From contig CAVVJT010000007.1 in the NCBI GenBank assembly GCA_963748625.1, positions 448,001 through 512,000 of the forward strand: a DNA stretch of 64,000 nt, in the 5' to 3' direction. Shown here piece by piece: positions 1 to 9,006 of the stretch (position 1 is the stretch's first letter; each line of letters starts with the position of its first letter). Under the pieces are notes generated by a model, which made no database searches, was not told the origin of the DNA, and saw only the letters and a program-made list of their open reading frames with translations. The DNA comes from an uncultured Chloroflexia bacterium (GTDB lineage Bacteria; Chloroflexota; Limnocylindria; Limnocylindrales; CSP1-4). The translations under genes and the position numbers were made by a program.

Positions 1-854
1 CCCAGGGCCGCCTGGACGATGGACACATCCGCCTCGTAGTAGAGCTCGGTGCCCTCGCGGGTGAGGCTGGGGTGGTCGGCGACGTGCACCGCGACGTAGA
101 GGCTCCCCGACGGCCCACCGCGCGGCCCGACCTCGCCCTCGTTCGTGAGGCGGATCTGGTGACCCTCGTCGATGCCGGCAGGGATCGTCACGCGCAGGCT
201 GCGACGTCGCTCGCTGCGACCTTCCCCGCGACAGCTGTCACAGGGGTTCTCGATCATCTTGCCCTCGCCCTTGCAGCGCGGGCACGGGGCAACGTTGACC
301 ATCTGGCCGAGCATCGTGTTGCGGACGCTCCGGACCTCGCCGCGCCCATTGCACTGGGTGCACTGGACGGGCGTGGAGCCCGCCTTCGCACCGGACCCGC
401 CGCAGGTGTCGCAGCGGCCCAGGACCGGGAACTCGATCTCCTTCTCGGTGCCCAGGACGGCCTCGGCGAAGGAGATACGCAGGTCGTAGCGCAGGTCCGA
501 CCCGGTGGCGGGACGGGCCCGGCGCTGGGCACCGGCCATGCCGCCCCCGAAGAAGGCGTCGAAGATGTCGGAGAACCCGCCGAACCCGGCCGCGCCGAAG
601 GGGTCGCCGGCGTTGCCGCCCGCCCCACCGTTGACGCCGGCCTTGCCGAACATGTCGTAGCTCTGGCGGCGCTGGGGATCGGACAGGACCTGGTAGGCCT
701 CGTTGACCTCCTTGAAGCGTGCGTCCGCCTCCGGCTCCTTGTTGACGTCCGGGTGCCACTGCTGGGCGAGGCGGCGGAAGGCGCGCTTGATGTCGGCGTC
801 GGACGCACCGCGCTCGACGCCCAGCACTTCGTAGTAGTCGCGCTCGGCTGCCAT
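1..854 (-). CDS. dnaJ: Molecular chaperone DnaJ (3' end beyond the window)
   Basis: Manual translation [18 protein letters not shown]...WHPDVNKE (J-domain HPD), G/F-rich region, CxxCxGxG zinc-finger repeats. Absent from the ORF track because it runs off the edge. Confidence 0.95.
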   Translation of the reverse strand, partial: MAAERDYYEVLGVERGASDADIKRAFRRLAQQWHPDVNKEPEADARFKEVNEAYQVLSDPQRRQSYDMFGKAGVNGGAGGNAGDPFGAAGFGGFSDIFDAFFGGGMAGAQRRARPATGSDLRYDLRISFAEAVLGTEKEIEFPVLGRCDTCGGSGAKAGSTPVQCTQCNGRGEVRSVRNTMLGQMVNVAPCPRCKGEGKMIENPCDSCRGEGRSERRRSLRVTIPAGIDEGHQIRLTNEGEVGPRGGPSGSLYVAVHVADHPSLTREGTELYYEADVSIVQAAL

Positions 855-867
855 GGGTGTGGTGAGT

Positions 868-1650
868 CTATCGGGTGCGCGGCGGCGCGCCCGCGTCGGG
901 GCCCCGCACGCCGGCGATCGACGCCGCCCGCGCCATGACGGTCTCCATCATCGGGGCGGTCAGGCGGCCCGTGAACGTGTTCTGCTGGCTCGGGTGGTAG
1001 GTGCCCAGGAGCGTGTACGGCCCAACCTGCGCTTCGGCGCCGTGGGCGAACGCGGGCTTCGGCGCCGGGATCGCGTGGCCGATGGCCGCGAGCGCTCGCA
1101 GCGTGCTGTCCCAGCCGATGCCGCCCAGCGGGACGATCACCCGGAGGTTGGGGAGCAGCTGGAGCTCGCGCTCGAGATAGGGGCGGCAGACCGCCTGCTC
1201 CGCGGGCGTCGGCTTGTTGGCGGGCGGGGCGCAGCGGACCGCGGCGACCACGCGGGTGGCGTGGAGCTCCAGGCCATCGCCGGCACTGCGGCCGGTGGGC
1301 TGGCTGGCGAGGCCGACGGCATGGAGGACCTTCCAGAGGAAGTCGCCCGAGGCATCCCCGGTGAACACGCGGCCCGTGCGGTTGGCACCGTGGGCGGCCG
1401 GGGCAAGACCGACAAGGAGGATCCGGGCGCGCTCATCGCCGAAGCCGGGGACGGGGCGGGCCCAGTACGTCTCATCTCGGAAGCGCGCGACCTTGAGGCG
1501 GGCCTGGTCCTCACGCCACACGACGAGTCGCGCGCAGGCGGTGCAGGCGCTGATCGCCTCGCCGAGCGCGGTGAGGTCGCGGGCGGCGCGGGCGGCGCGG
1601 GCCGGCTGGTCGGCGGCGGGGGCATCGCCGACGTCGTTCGTGGTGGGCAT
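868..1650 (-). CDS. Uracil-DNA glycosylase, family 5 (UdgB-like, Fe-S)
   Basis: [37 protein letters not shown] and YHPSQQNT motifs. ATG at 1650 lies 7 nt after TACGAT. Confidence 0.9.
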   Translation of the reverse strand: MPTTNDVGDAPAADQPARAARAARDLTALGEAISACTACARLVVWREDQARLKVARFRDETYWARPVPGFGDERARILLVGLAPAAHGANRTGRVFTGDASGDFLWKVLHAVGLASQPTGRSAGDGLELHATRVVAAVRCAPPANKPTPAEQAVCRPYLERELQLLPNLRVIVPLGGIGWDSTLRALAAIGHAIPAPKPAFAHGAEAQVGPYTLLGTYHPSQQNTFTGRLTAPMMETVMARAASIAGVRGPDAGAPPRTR

Positions 1651-1726
1651 CGGCTCGATCGTAGCGAGGGTCAGCGTCCCGTGCCGCGGGTGGCGGCGCG
1701 GGGTGGCGCCGTGAGGGTGGCGCCGA

Positions 1727-1838
1727 GAGCCGCCGCGCGCCGTGAGGCGTGAGCCGCCGCGCGCCGCGAGGCGTGAGCCGCCGTGAGGCGTGAGCCGCCG
1801 CGCGCCGTGAGGCGTGAGCCGCCGCGCGCCGTGAGCCG
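1727..1838. repeat. Tandem ~24-bp GC-rich repeat (GAGCCGCCGCGCGCCGTGAGGCGT), about 4-5 imperfect units
   Basis: Read directly from the sequence; no unique spacers. Confidence 0.85.
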
Positions 1839-1847
1839 TCGCACGAA

Positions 1848-1985
1848 GCAATCGATCGGGCGCCACCTGTCGCGCCGTTGCTGCTCGGGCACCTCCCCGG
1901 CATATTTCGGGCCGAGCAGGCGGCATTGCGCGCGGTGCCGTTGCTCCTCACGCACGACAGCGCCATCGGGGTCCCAATGTATTGC
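1848..1985. repeat. Intergenic multi-branched palindromic element
   Basis: GCAAT/ATTGC ends; CTGTCGCGC (1867) with GCACGACAG (1952); internal hairpins CTGCTCGG/CCGAGCAG and CGGCATTGC/GCGGTGCCG. Confidence 0.55.
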
Positions 1986-2011
1986 CGCGCAAGCACCGGC
2001 CACGCCCGGGG

Positions 2012-3359
2012 CTAGGACGAGGGGGCGCCTGCATCCCCGTTGGCGATCGATGAAGCATCGCCGCCCGTCTCTGGCGCAGGGGCCGTGGACATCGCGTGCG
2101 CCGCTGCGATCGCCCGCCGGCCGGCCGGCAGGCCCAGCGCCAGGCCCACCACCACGAACGTCGCGATGCCCGCCCCGACCAGGATCGTCTCGACCGGCAC
2201 GACATCGGCCAGCGGCCCGAACACCAGCATCCCGAACGGCATCGCCAGCGCCATCACGATCCCCACGAACCCGAACACGCGCCCCTGCATCTCGGGCTCC
2301 ACCGTCTCCTGGAGCAGCGTCATCGACGGCGTCGAGAAGAACGGGCACGGCGAGGCCGATCAGCAGCATCACCCCGAAGAAGATCCACAGCGATGGCGCC
2401 AGGCCAAGCGCGATCGACAGCCCGCCGAACACGAGCGACGAGCCAGCGATCAGGCCGATCCGGTTCCACCCCGACGCGATCGTCGCGATCAGCACGCCGC
2501 CCACCACCATGCCTACGCTGAATGACATCTCCAGGAGCGCGAGGTTCACCACGTTGCCCTGCTCGCCCGAGGGGAACGAGCGCACGAGCATCAGCGGCGT
2601 GAGGTTCGACGGCGCCACGGTGAGCACGAAGATGATGGCGAATACGACGAGCAGCCAGCGGACGAATGCATGGGTCGCGACGTAGCGGACGCCGGCGACC
2701 AGGTCCTCCACGTACCCGGCGGTCGCTCCAGCAGCCCGGATGCTGGCGACGGGGATCAGCGCGAGCATCCCGATCCCGGCGATGGCCGTGACGATGTCGA
2801 TGGCGAAGACGGGCACGAGCGCGGTCGGCGACCCCTCCGAGCCCGTGGCCGCGACCGCATAGATCGCACCCGCAACCGGTGGCCCGAGCAGGGCAAGCGC
2901 CGACTGCAGCGACCCGAGAATCCCGTTCACGCGCATCAGCTGGTCGGCGGGCGTGATCTGCGGGATCAGGGCGGACACGGCCGGTGTCTGGACGCCCGCG
3001 CCCGCCGACCGGATCGCCAGGGTCACGAAGATGATCCACGGCTCCGCGAAGCCCGCGAGCAGCACGAGCGCGAGCACCAGGGTGGACGCGGCGATCGCAG
3101 CATCGGCCCCCACGATCAGCCACTTGCGGTTCGTCCGGTCCGCCCAGACGCCGGCGAAGACCGACACCACGGCCTGCGGCAGGAAGCCGAAGACCGCGGC
3201 GAGGGTCATCGTCACGCCGGACTGGTAGGCGATCGCGAGGTACCAGAACACCGCGTACTGCACCAGCATCGACCCGAACAGGGTCACGGTCTGGCCGCCC
3301 AGGAACAGGGCGACGTGGCGGCGCCAGTGCGGGTGCGGGGTGGGCTGGCCGATCGTCAT
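2012..3359 (-). CDS. MFS efflux transporter (DHA3/MefA-like), frameshifted near 2340
   Basis: MTIGQ...LFLGGQTVTLFGSMLVQYA, GVWADRTNRK motif A. The C-terminus TLLQETVEPEMQGRVFG is in another frame (ORF 2012..2323). Confidence 0.85.
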
Positions 3360-3364
3360 CGCGC

Positions 3365-4175
3365 CTACTTGAGCAGCATTCGGTCCAGCCGGCGACCCAC
3401 CACGGTCAGGCCCGCCAGGCCCATGACCGAGAGGTACAGCACGTGCCACAGGATGCCCGGGTCCACGTATCCCGTCGTGAGCTGGCGGATCATGTCGGTC
3501 CCCTGCCAGAGCGGCGTGAGGCGCACCACCACCTGGAGCCACTCCGGGTACCCGGTGATGGGGAAGAACGTCCCGCTGAACAGGAAGAGCGGCAGGACCA
3601 CGAGGTTGATCAGGTCGAAGTCCTGCCACGAGCGCATGAACGTGGTCGCGGCCATCCCGACCGCCGCGAACGCGAATGCCAGCAGGACCGCTGCCGGGAT
3701 GACGAACACCGCCCACGGCGACCACACCAGACCCATCACCAGGATCACGACCATGAACCCGGCGGCATACATCGCCGGCCCGGATGACCGCCCAGCCGAT
3801 CTCGCCCAGCGCCACGTCACCGGGCGCCAGGGGCGTCGCGAGGACGGCGTCGTACGTCTTCTGGTAGTTGAGCTTGAAGAACACGTTGAACGTGGATTCG
3901 GCGATGGCGCCGTTCATCGACGAGGACGCCAGCAGCGCGGGCGCGACAAACATCGAGTAGGGCATCGTCGTGCCGTCAGGAAGGGTGATGTCGCCCACCA
4001 TGCCGCCGATGCCCAGGCCGATCGCGAGCAGATAGAAGAGCGGCTCGAAGAACCCGGACAGGATCATCAGCCAGGCGCTGCGGTAGACGAGCACGTTGCG
4101 CTCGATCAGCAGGAGCGCCCGACGGCCGCCGAAACGGACCGGGAGCACGCGTGCGAGGGCGACGTAGCCGCTCAC
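3365..4175 (-). CDS. ABC-2 exporter permease (NodJ-like), frameshifted near 3780
   Basis: FFEPLFYLLAIGLG...YDAVLATPL continues as ORF 3365..3820 (LPLFLFSGTFFP). Confidence 0.85.
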
Positions 4176-4176
4176 C

Positions 4177-5028
4177 TCACACCTCCAGCCGGCGCTTGAA
4201 CGCGCGGAAGGTGAGGCCGAGACCGGCCAGCGCGAACGCGGCGAGGATCACCAGGTGCGCGACCATCAGCAGCGGCTGCTCGGCGGCCGTTCCCAGCGCG
4301 AGCGCCCGGCCGAGATCCACGCCGTGCCAGAGGGGCAGGATCCAGGCGACCAGCTGCAGCGGCTCAGGCAGGGTGGAGATCGGGAAGAAGGTGCCCGAGA
4401 ACAGGAACAGCGGCGTGACACCGAAGCGCCAGATCGAGTTGAACGACGACGTGTCGCGCTGCGTGGACATGTACGCGGCGATCGGCCCGGCGAAGGCGAG
4501 CGCCGTCAACGTCCCCACCAGCACCGTGAGCGCAATGCCGGGTGTCGCGGCCGCCCCGAACAGCACGATCACCAGGGCGAAGATCGCGCCAACCAGCGTC
4601 GCACGAGTGGTGATCCAGGCCAGCTGCCCGAAGGCGATCGCGTACGGCGAGAGCGGCGTCGCGTACATCGCGTGGAAGCGGCGGATCCAGTGGAAGCCGG
4701 CCAGGATCGGGAACGTGGCCTCGAACACCGAACCCTGCATGACCGTGGACACCAGCAGCGCAGGCGCCAGCCACTGCAGGTAGGGCACGCCGCCCAGCGC
4801 CGCACCTCCGCCGCCCGCGTCCACGTACGAGCCAAGCCCGATGCCCATCGCCACGAGGAACAGCACCGGCTGCGCGAAGTTGCCGAAGATGGAACCGCGC
4901 CAGGTGCGCACGTAGAGCAGCCATGCGTGCTCGTAGGTCGCGCGGGCGCTCCGCCACGCCGAGGCCCGGGGCAGGATCACCTTCCCCGGCTCCGCGCCCG
5001 CTGCCCCCGGCAGCCCGATCGCGGCCAT
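4177..5028 (-). CDS. ABC-2 exporter permease (NodJ-like)
   Basis: AQPVLFLVAMGIGLG and PLFLFSGTFFP motifs; about 6 TM segments. Confidence 0.9.
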   Translation of the reverse strand: MAAIGLPGAAGAEPGKVILPRASAWRSARATYEHAWLLYVRTWRGSIFGNFAQPVLFLVAMGIGLGSYVDAGGGGAALGGVPYLQWLAPALLVSTVMQGSVFEATFPILAGFHWIRRFHAMYATPLSPYAIAFGQLAWITTRATLVGAIFALVIVLFGAAATPGIALTVLVGTLTALAFAGPIAAYMSTQRDTSSFNSIWRFGVTPLFLFSGTFFPISTLPEPLQLVAWILPLWHGVDLGRALALGTAAEQPLLMVAHLVILAAFALAGLGLTFRAFKRRLEV

Positions 5029-5966
5029 CAGTCCACCAGGGTGCGGCCGGTGAGCCGCAGGAAGACGTCCTCCAGCGACGACCGCCGGACCAGCACCGTC
5101 ACCGGGACCAGGCCCCGCGCGTGCGCAGCGACGGCCACCGCCTCGCCGTCATCCGAGTACACGAGCACCCGGTCCGGCAGACGTTCCACGCGCTCGCCCA
5201 GGCCGTCGATCTCCGCGCCCAGCGTCTCCTGCGCCCCCACGGCGAACCGCATCTCGGTCACCTCGCGGGTGGACCACTCCTCGATCAGCGAGCGCGGCGA
5301 CCCCTCCGCAACGATCCGTGCCTTGTCCATCACCACGAGCCGGTCGCACAGCTGCTCCGCCTCGTCCATGTAGTGGGTCGTGAGGACCAGGGTCACGCCC
5401 TGCTGCTTGAGCCGGTACAGCCGCTCCCACAGCAGGTGGCGCGCCTGCGGGTCGAGGCCGGTGGTGGGCTCGTCGAGAAGCAGGATCGACGGCTCGTTGA
5501 TCAGGGCACGCGCGATGGTCAGGCGGCGCTTCATGCCGCCCGATAGCGGGTCCACCTTGTCGTTGGCACGCTCGGTGAGCTGGGCGAAGTCCAGCAGGCG
5601 GCGGCCGCGCTCGCGCGCCTCCGAACGGGACATGCCGAAGTAGCGCCCGTAGATCACGAGGTTGTCCAGCACCGACAGCTCCGTGTCGAGCGTGTCCTGC
5701 TGGGGGACCACGCCGAGGCGGCCCCGGATCTCGGCTCCGTGCGTGGCCGGGTCGTACCCCAGGATCCGCAGCGTGCCCTCGGTGACCGGCGACGTGCTCG
5801 CGATCATCCGCATCGTCGAGGTCTTGCCCGCACCGTTGGGACCCAGGAACCCGAAGCTCTCGCCGGGCGCCACGTCGAAGTCGACAGCGTCAACCGCGGT
5901 GAATGCGCCGAACCGCTTGGTCAGGGCGCGGGCATGAATGAGCGGGGCATCAGGACTCTGGGACAT
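5028..5966 (-). CDS. ABC exporter ATP-binding protein (NodI-like)
   Basis: Walker A GPNGAGKT, signature LSGGMKRR, Walker B LLLDEPT. Confidence 0.95.
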   Translation of the reverse strand: MSQSPDAPLIHARALTKRFGAFTAVDAVDFDVAPGESFGFLGPNGAGKTSTMRMIASTSPVTEGTLRILGYDPATHGAEIRGRLGVVPQQDTLDTELSVLDNLVIYGRYFGMSRSEARERGRRLLDFAQLTERANDKVDPLSGGMKRRLTIARALINEPSILLLDEPTTGLDPQARHLLWERLYRLKQQGVTLVLTTHYMDEAEQLCDRLVVMDKARIVAEGSPRSLIEEWSTREVTEMRFAVGAQETLGAEIDGLGERVERLPDRVLVYSDDGEAVAVAAHARGLVPVTVLVRRSSLEDVFLRLTGRTLVD

Positions 5967-6003
5967 GGGACCGCGATGGTACCCCGCGGCGCGGCGGCCT
6001 CTG

Positions 6004-6447
6004 TCACAGCAACCGCTCCGGAACCTCGCAGACGTCAATGGCTCGCACGCCACGGGCTCGCGCCACGGCAAGTTGGGCCTTGTCCGCCGACACCAGTGTT
6101 GCTGACGCAGCCTCCGCCGCGAGGACGTACGCGACATCGGGTACGCGCAGCCCAGCAGTGAGGGCGAGGTCGTACGCAGCGACCGCGAACATGTGCGGGT
6201 CCGACTCGGGGATCGCCACCCTCGAGAGGGCCCCGAGGATGGCACGTGCCGCGGGCTCACCGATCCTGTTCAGGCGCACGGCGACGACCAGGGCCGCGGC
6301 CACCTCGAGCAGGAAGTTCGGTGGACCGACGGCTTCCACGGCCCGTTCGGCGAGCGCATTGGCAACGCGTACCGCACCTTCACGGTCACGCTCGTCGGGC
6401 AGGGCCCACCGCAGCACGACGCTCGCGTCGATGACGATGTCCGTCAC
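6004..6447 (-). CDS. PIN-domain VapC-type toxin
   Basis: VIDASVVLRW N-terminus, LLEVAAAL, D-x-x-Y and LVSAD motifs; GTG start at 6447. Confidence 0.85.
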   Translation of the reverse strand: MTDIVIDASVVLRWALPDERDREGAVRVANALAERAVEAVGPPNFLLEVAAALVVAVRLNRIGEPAARAILGALSRVAIPESDPHMFAVAAYDLALTAGLRVPDVAYVLAAEAASATLVSADKAQLAVARARGVRAIDVCEVPERLL

Positions 6448-6886
6448 TCGGATTCCCCCGAGAAGGCGGCAGGAACTGCAGGAGGCGGGCACCGAACGCA
6501 TCCCGGACCTCGTTGAGGATGGCATCCGCCGTGTCGTGCGGTCCGCTCGGCGGCTGCCCGAGCTTGCTCAACTCCAGGATCTCGGCGATCGCCTCACGCC
6601 GTCGCTCGAGCATCCGGTCCCAGGTGTCCGGCCAGTGCTCCCGGTTCCAGCGCCTGACCCGATCCTCACCTGCGTCTGGCGCGGTGCCGTACGGCGCAAC
6701 CACCTCGCGCGCCCCCGTGGATGTTTCAGGCTCCGCCACCTCGAGCGCTGACGCCGGGACCCGCACCGCCCCGCCGATCCGCACCGCGGGCAACGTCCCG
6801 TCCGCGATCCGCCGCCGCACCGTGCGCAGGCTGATCCCGAGGCGTTCCGCCACCTCGGCCGCCGTCAGGTAGCGCGTCTCGTCCAT
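6386..6886 (-). CDS. Excisionase-like (HTH_17) DNA-binding protein, putative antitoxin
   Basis: YLTAAEVAERLGISLRTVRRRIADGTLPAVRIGGAVRV directly upstream of the PIN gene. The true stop may be the TGA overlapping the toxin GTG if there is an indel. Confidence 0.75.
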   Translation of the reverse strand: MDETRYLTAAEVAERLGISLRTVRRRIADGTLPAVRIGGAVRVPASALEVAEPETSTGAREVVAPYGTAPDAGEDRVRRWNREHWPDTWDRMLERRREAIAEILELSKLGQPPSGPHDTADAILNEVRDAFGARLLQFLPPSRGNPSDGHRHRRERRAAVGPARRA

Positions 6887-6941
6887 GACAAGGACCATGC
6901 CATGAGTGCCGTCCGATGTCAAATGATGTCAGGTGATGCCA
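6886..6941. promoter_or_regulatory. ~10-bp-periodic direct repeats over the TA promoter
   Basis: GATGTCA at 6915 and 6925, GATGCCA at 6935, with weaker TG(C/A)C(A/G) copies at 6907, 6898 and 6886. Confidence 0.55.
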
Positions 6942-8215
6942 TTCACGTCCTGATGAGGCACGTTGTCGCCCGCGTGGACGATGTTGTCGAACTGCCGCCA
7001 GAGCACGATCACCAGCACCGCGGACCCCACGAACCCGAACCAGAATGGCGCCGTGATCCCCCAGGTCGCCGCCAGCCAGCCGCCGATCGGCGCGCCGATC
7101 ACCATCCCCAGCATCACCCCCACGTGGTAGACGCCCGTGACCCGGCCCAGCAACTCGTCGGGGACCGCGCGCTGGCGGACCGCCGTGGACGTCGTTCCCC
7201 AGATGAACGCATGCGCCCCGAACACCACGAACATCGCCAGCACCACCGCCGCCTGCGTCGTGAGCGCCAGCACCAGGTGCGTGATCGTCTCGATCACCAG
7301 GCCGACGCGCATGATGTCGGCCAGCGAGAACCGTCGCTCCAGGCGCCCGTACGACGCCGTGCCGACAAGCCCGCCGATCGCCATCGCCGTCGTCAGCAGC
7401 CCGAAGCCGACAGCGCTCATGCCCAGCCGCTCCTGGGCGTAGAGCACGAGCACCGCCCAGGCCGCGCCGAACGTGATGTTGAAGGCGACGATCGTGAGCG
7501 CGAGCGTGCGCATCGGGGGGTGGTGCAGCAGCCAGCGGAGACCCTCGGCGATGTCGGCGCGGATGCTCGTGCGCTCCCGGGCGGCCTCGCCGGGCGCGGG
7601 CTCCACGCTCTCGCGATACGTGAGGCGCGCCACGAGGACGGCACCCAGGAGGAACCCCGCCGAATCGGCCACGAACGGGATCGCCATGCCCAGTGCGAAC
7701 AGCGCCGCCCCGATCGGGGGTGCGATCAGCTGGTTGGTCAGCAGCACCGAACCCTGCAGACGGGCGTTCGCGATGCCCAGGTCCTCGCGCCGGACGAGCC
7801 GCGGCAGCAGGGAGCCCGAGCCCACGTCGGCGAACGTCTCGGCCGTTCCCAGCGCAAACAATGCCGCCAGCACCACGGCGATTGACACCGCGTCGGCGAG
7901 GATCGTCGCGGCCAGCACGCCAAGGACCACCGCCCGCACCACGTTCACGATCGCGATCAGCCGGCGCCGGTCGATCCGGTCCGCAAGCGCGCCCGCGTAG
8001 AACCCGAACAGCAGCACCGGCAGGTTCTGGGCGAGGGCCGCCATCGACACGAGCAGCGGGTCGCGTGTCTGCGACGCCACCAGCAGCGGCCCGGCAGCCA
8101 GCGCGATGCCGTCCCCGACGTTGGTGATGACCGATGAGGCCAGGAGCAGCCGGAAGCTCCGGCCCAGCCGGGCAGGGGCGATCGTCTCGGCGGCGCGCGC
8201 GAGCGGGTTCGGCAT
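6929..8215 (-). CDS. MFS transporter
   Basis: GALADRIDRRRL motif A; about 12 TM segments; RQRAVPDELLGRV. Confidence 0.9.
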   Translation of the reverse strand: MPNPLARAAETIAPARLGRSFRLLLASSVITNVGDGIALAAGPLLVASQTRDPLLVSMAALAQNLPVLLFGFYAGALADRIDRRRLIAIVNVVRAVVLGVLAATILADAVSIAVVLAALFALGTAETFADVGSGSLLPRLVRREDLGIANARLQGSVLLTNQLIAPPIGAALFALGMAIPFVADSAGFLLGAVLVARLTYRESVEPAPGEAARERTSIRADIAEGLRWLLHHPPMRTLALTIVAFNITFGAAWAVLVLYAQERLGMSAVGFGLLTTAMAIGGLVGTASYGRLERRFSLADIMRVGLVIETITHLVLALTTQAAVVLAMFVVFGAHAFIWGTTSTAVRQRAVPDELLGRVTGVYHVGVMLGMVIGAPIGGWLAATWGITAPFWFGFVGSAVLVIVLWRQFDNIVHAGDNVPHQDVNGIT

Positions 8216-8259
8216 GGGCGGGGAATCCTACTCCCCGGCGCCAGGGGTCTGGCGCGACC

Positions 8260-9006
8260 CTATCGGACGGGGACGGTGCCCTCATGGAGCGTGACGATGC
8301 CGCCGGTCAGCCCCTGCCAGCGGACGTCCACCAGGCCCGCCTCGCCCATGATCTCGGCGATCCGCTCGGGCGACGGATAGGCCTGGACGCTCCGGACGAG
8401 GTAGCTGTAGGCGCCGCCCTGCCCTGCCAGCCTCCCGATGACCGGGACGATGCGATCGAACCACCAGCGCATGAACCGTGCGAGCCGGCTGCGCGGGCGG
8501 GCGATCTCGAGACACAGCACCTTGCCGCCCGGACGCACGGACCGGGTCATCTCCTCGAAGCCGCGCCGGTAGTCGGGCAGGTTGCGCATGCCGAAGGCAA
8601 TCGTCGCGGCGTCGAAGGAGGCGTCGCCGGTGGGCAGGTTCAGCGCGTCGCCGACGACGTACGACAGGCCCGCCCGCGAGGCGTAGCGCTCGACCGCCAC
8701 CGCCGTCATCCCCGGCGACAGGTCGACGCCCTGCACGCGACCACCCGGCTGCACCCGTGCCCACAGGTCCGCGGCCACCTTGCCCGTGCCGGACGCCACG
8801 TCGAGCGCCGCCATCCCGGGACGCAGCGCGGCCCTCGTCACGAGGAGGCGGCGCCAGCGCGGCTCCTGGAACGCGGAGATCAGCAGGTTCATCAGGTCAT
8901 AGCGGCGGGAGATCCGGTCGAACATGACCTGGACCTCGGGCTGGGCCGCGGCGTTGCCATCGCCGGTGGAGGCCCCGGACGGCGTGTGATCGGGCGACAG
9001 GGTCAT
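8260..9006 (-). CDS. menG: Demethylmenaquinone methyltransferase (UbiE/MenG)
   Basis: MFDRISRRYDLMN, LDVASGTG, TIAFGMRN, YSYLVRSV; last gene of the men operon. Confidence 0.92.
   Translation of the reverse strand: MTLSPDHTPSGASTGDGNAAAQPEVQVMFDRISRRYDLMNLLISAFQEPRWRRLLVTRAALRPGMAALDVASGTGKVAADLWARVQPGGRVQGVDLSPGMTAVAVERYASRAGLSYVVGDALNLPTGDASFDAATIAFGMRNLPDYRRGFEEMTRSVRPGGKVLCLEIARPRSRLARFMRWWFDRIVPVIGRLAGQGGAYSYLVRSVQAYPSPERIAEIMGEAGLVDVRWQGLTGGIVTLHEGTVPVR

Noticed and set aside
1727-1838. CRISPR array
   Set aside because: Simple tandem repeat without spacers.
1671-4175. 834-aa ABC permease-MFS fusion ORF
   Set aside because: An artefact of two frameshifts joining separate genes.
6386-6886. 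Prophage or ICE excisionase
   Set aside because: No integrase, att site or phage genes nearby; coupling to a PIN gene fits a TA module better.
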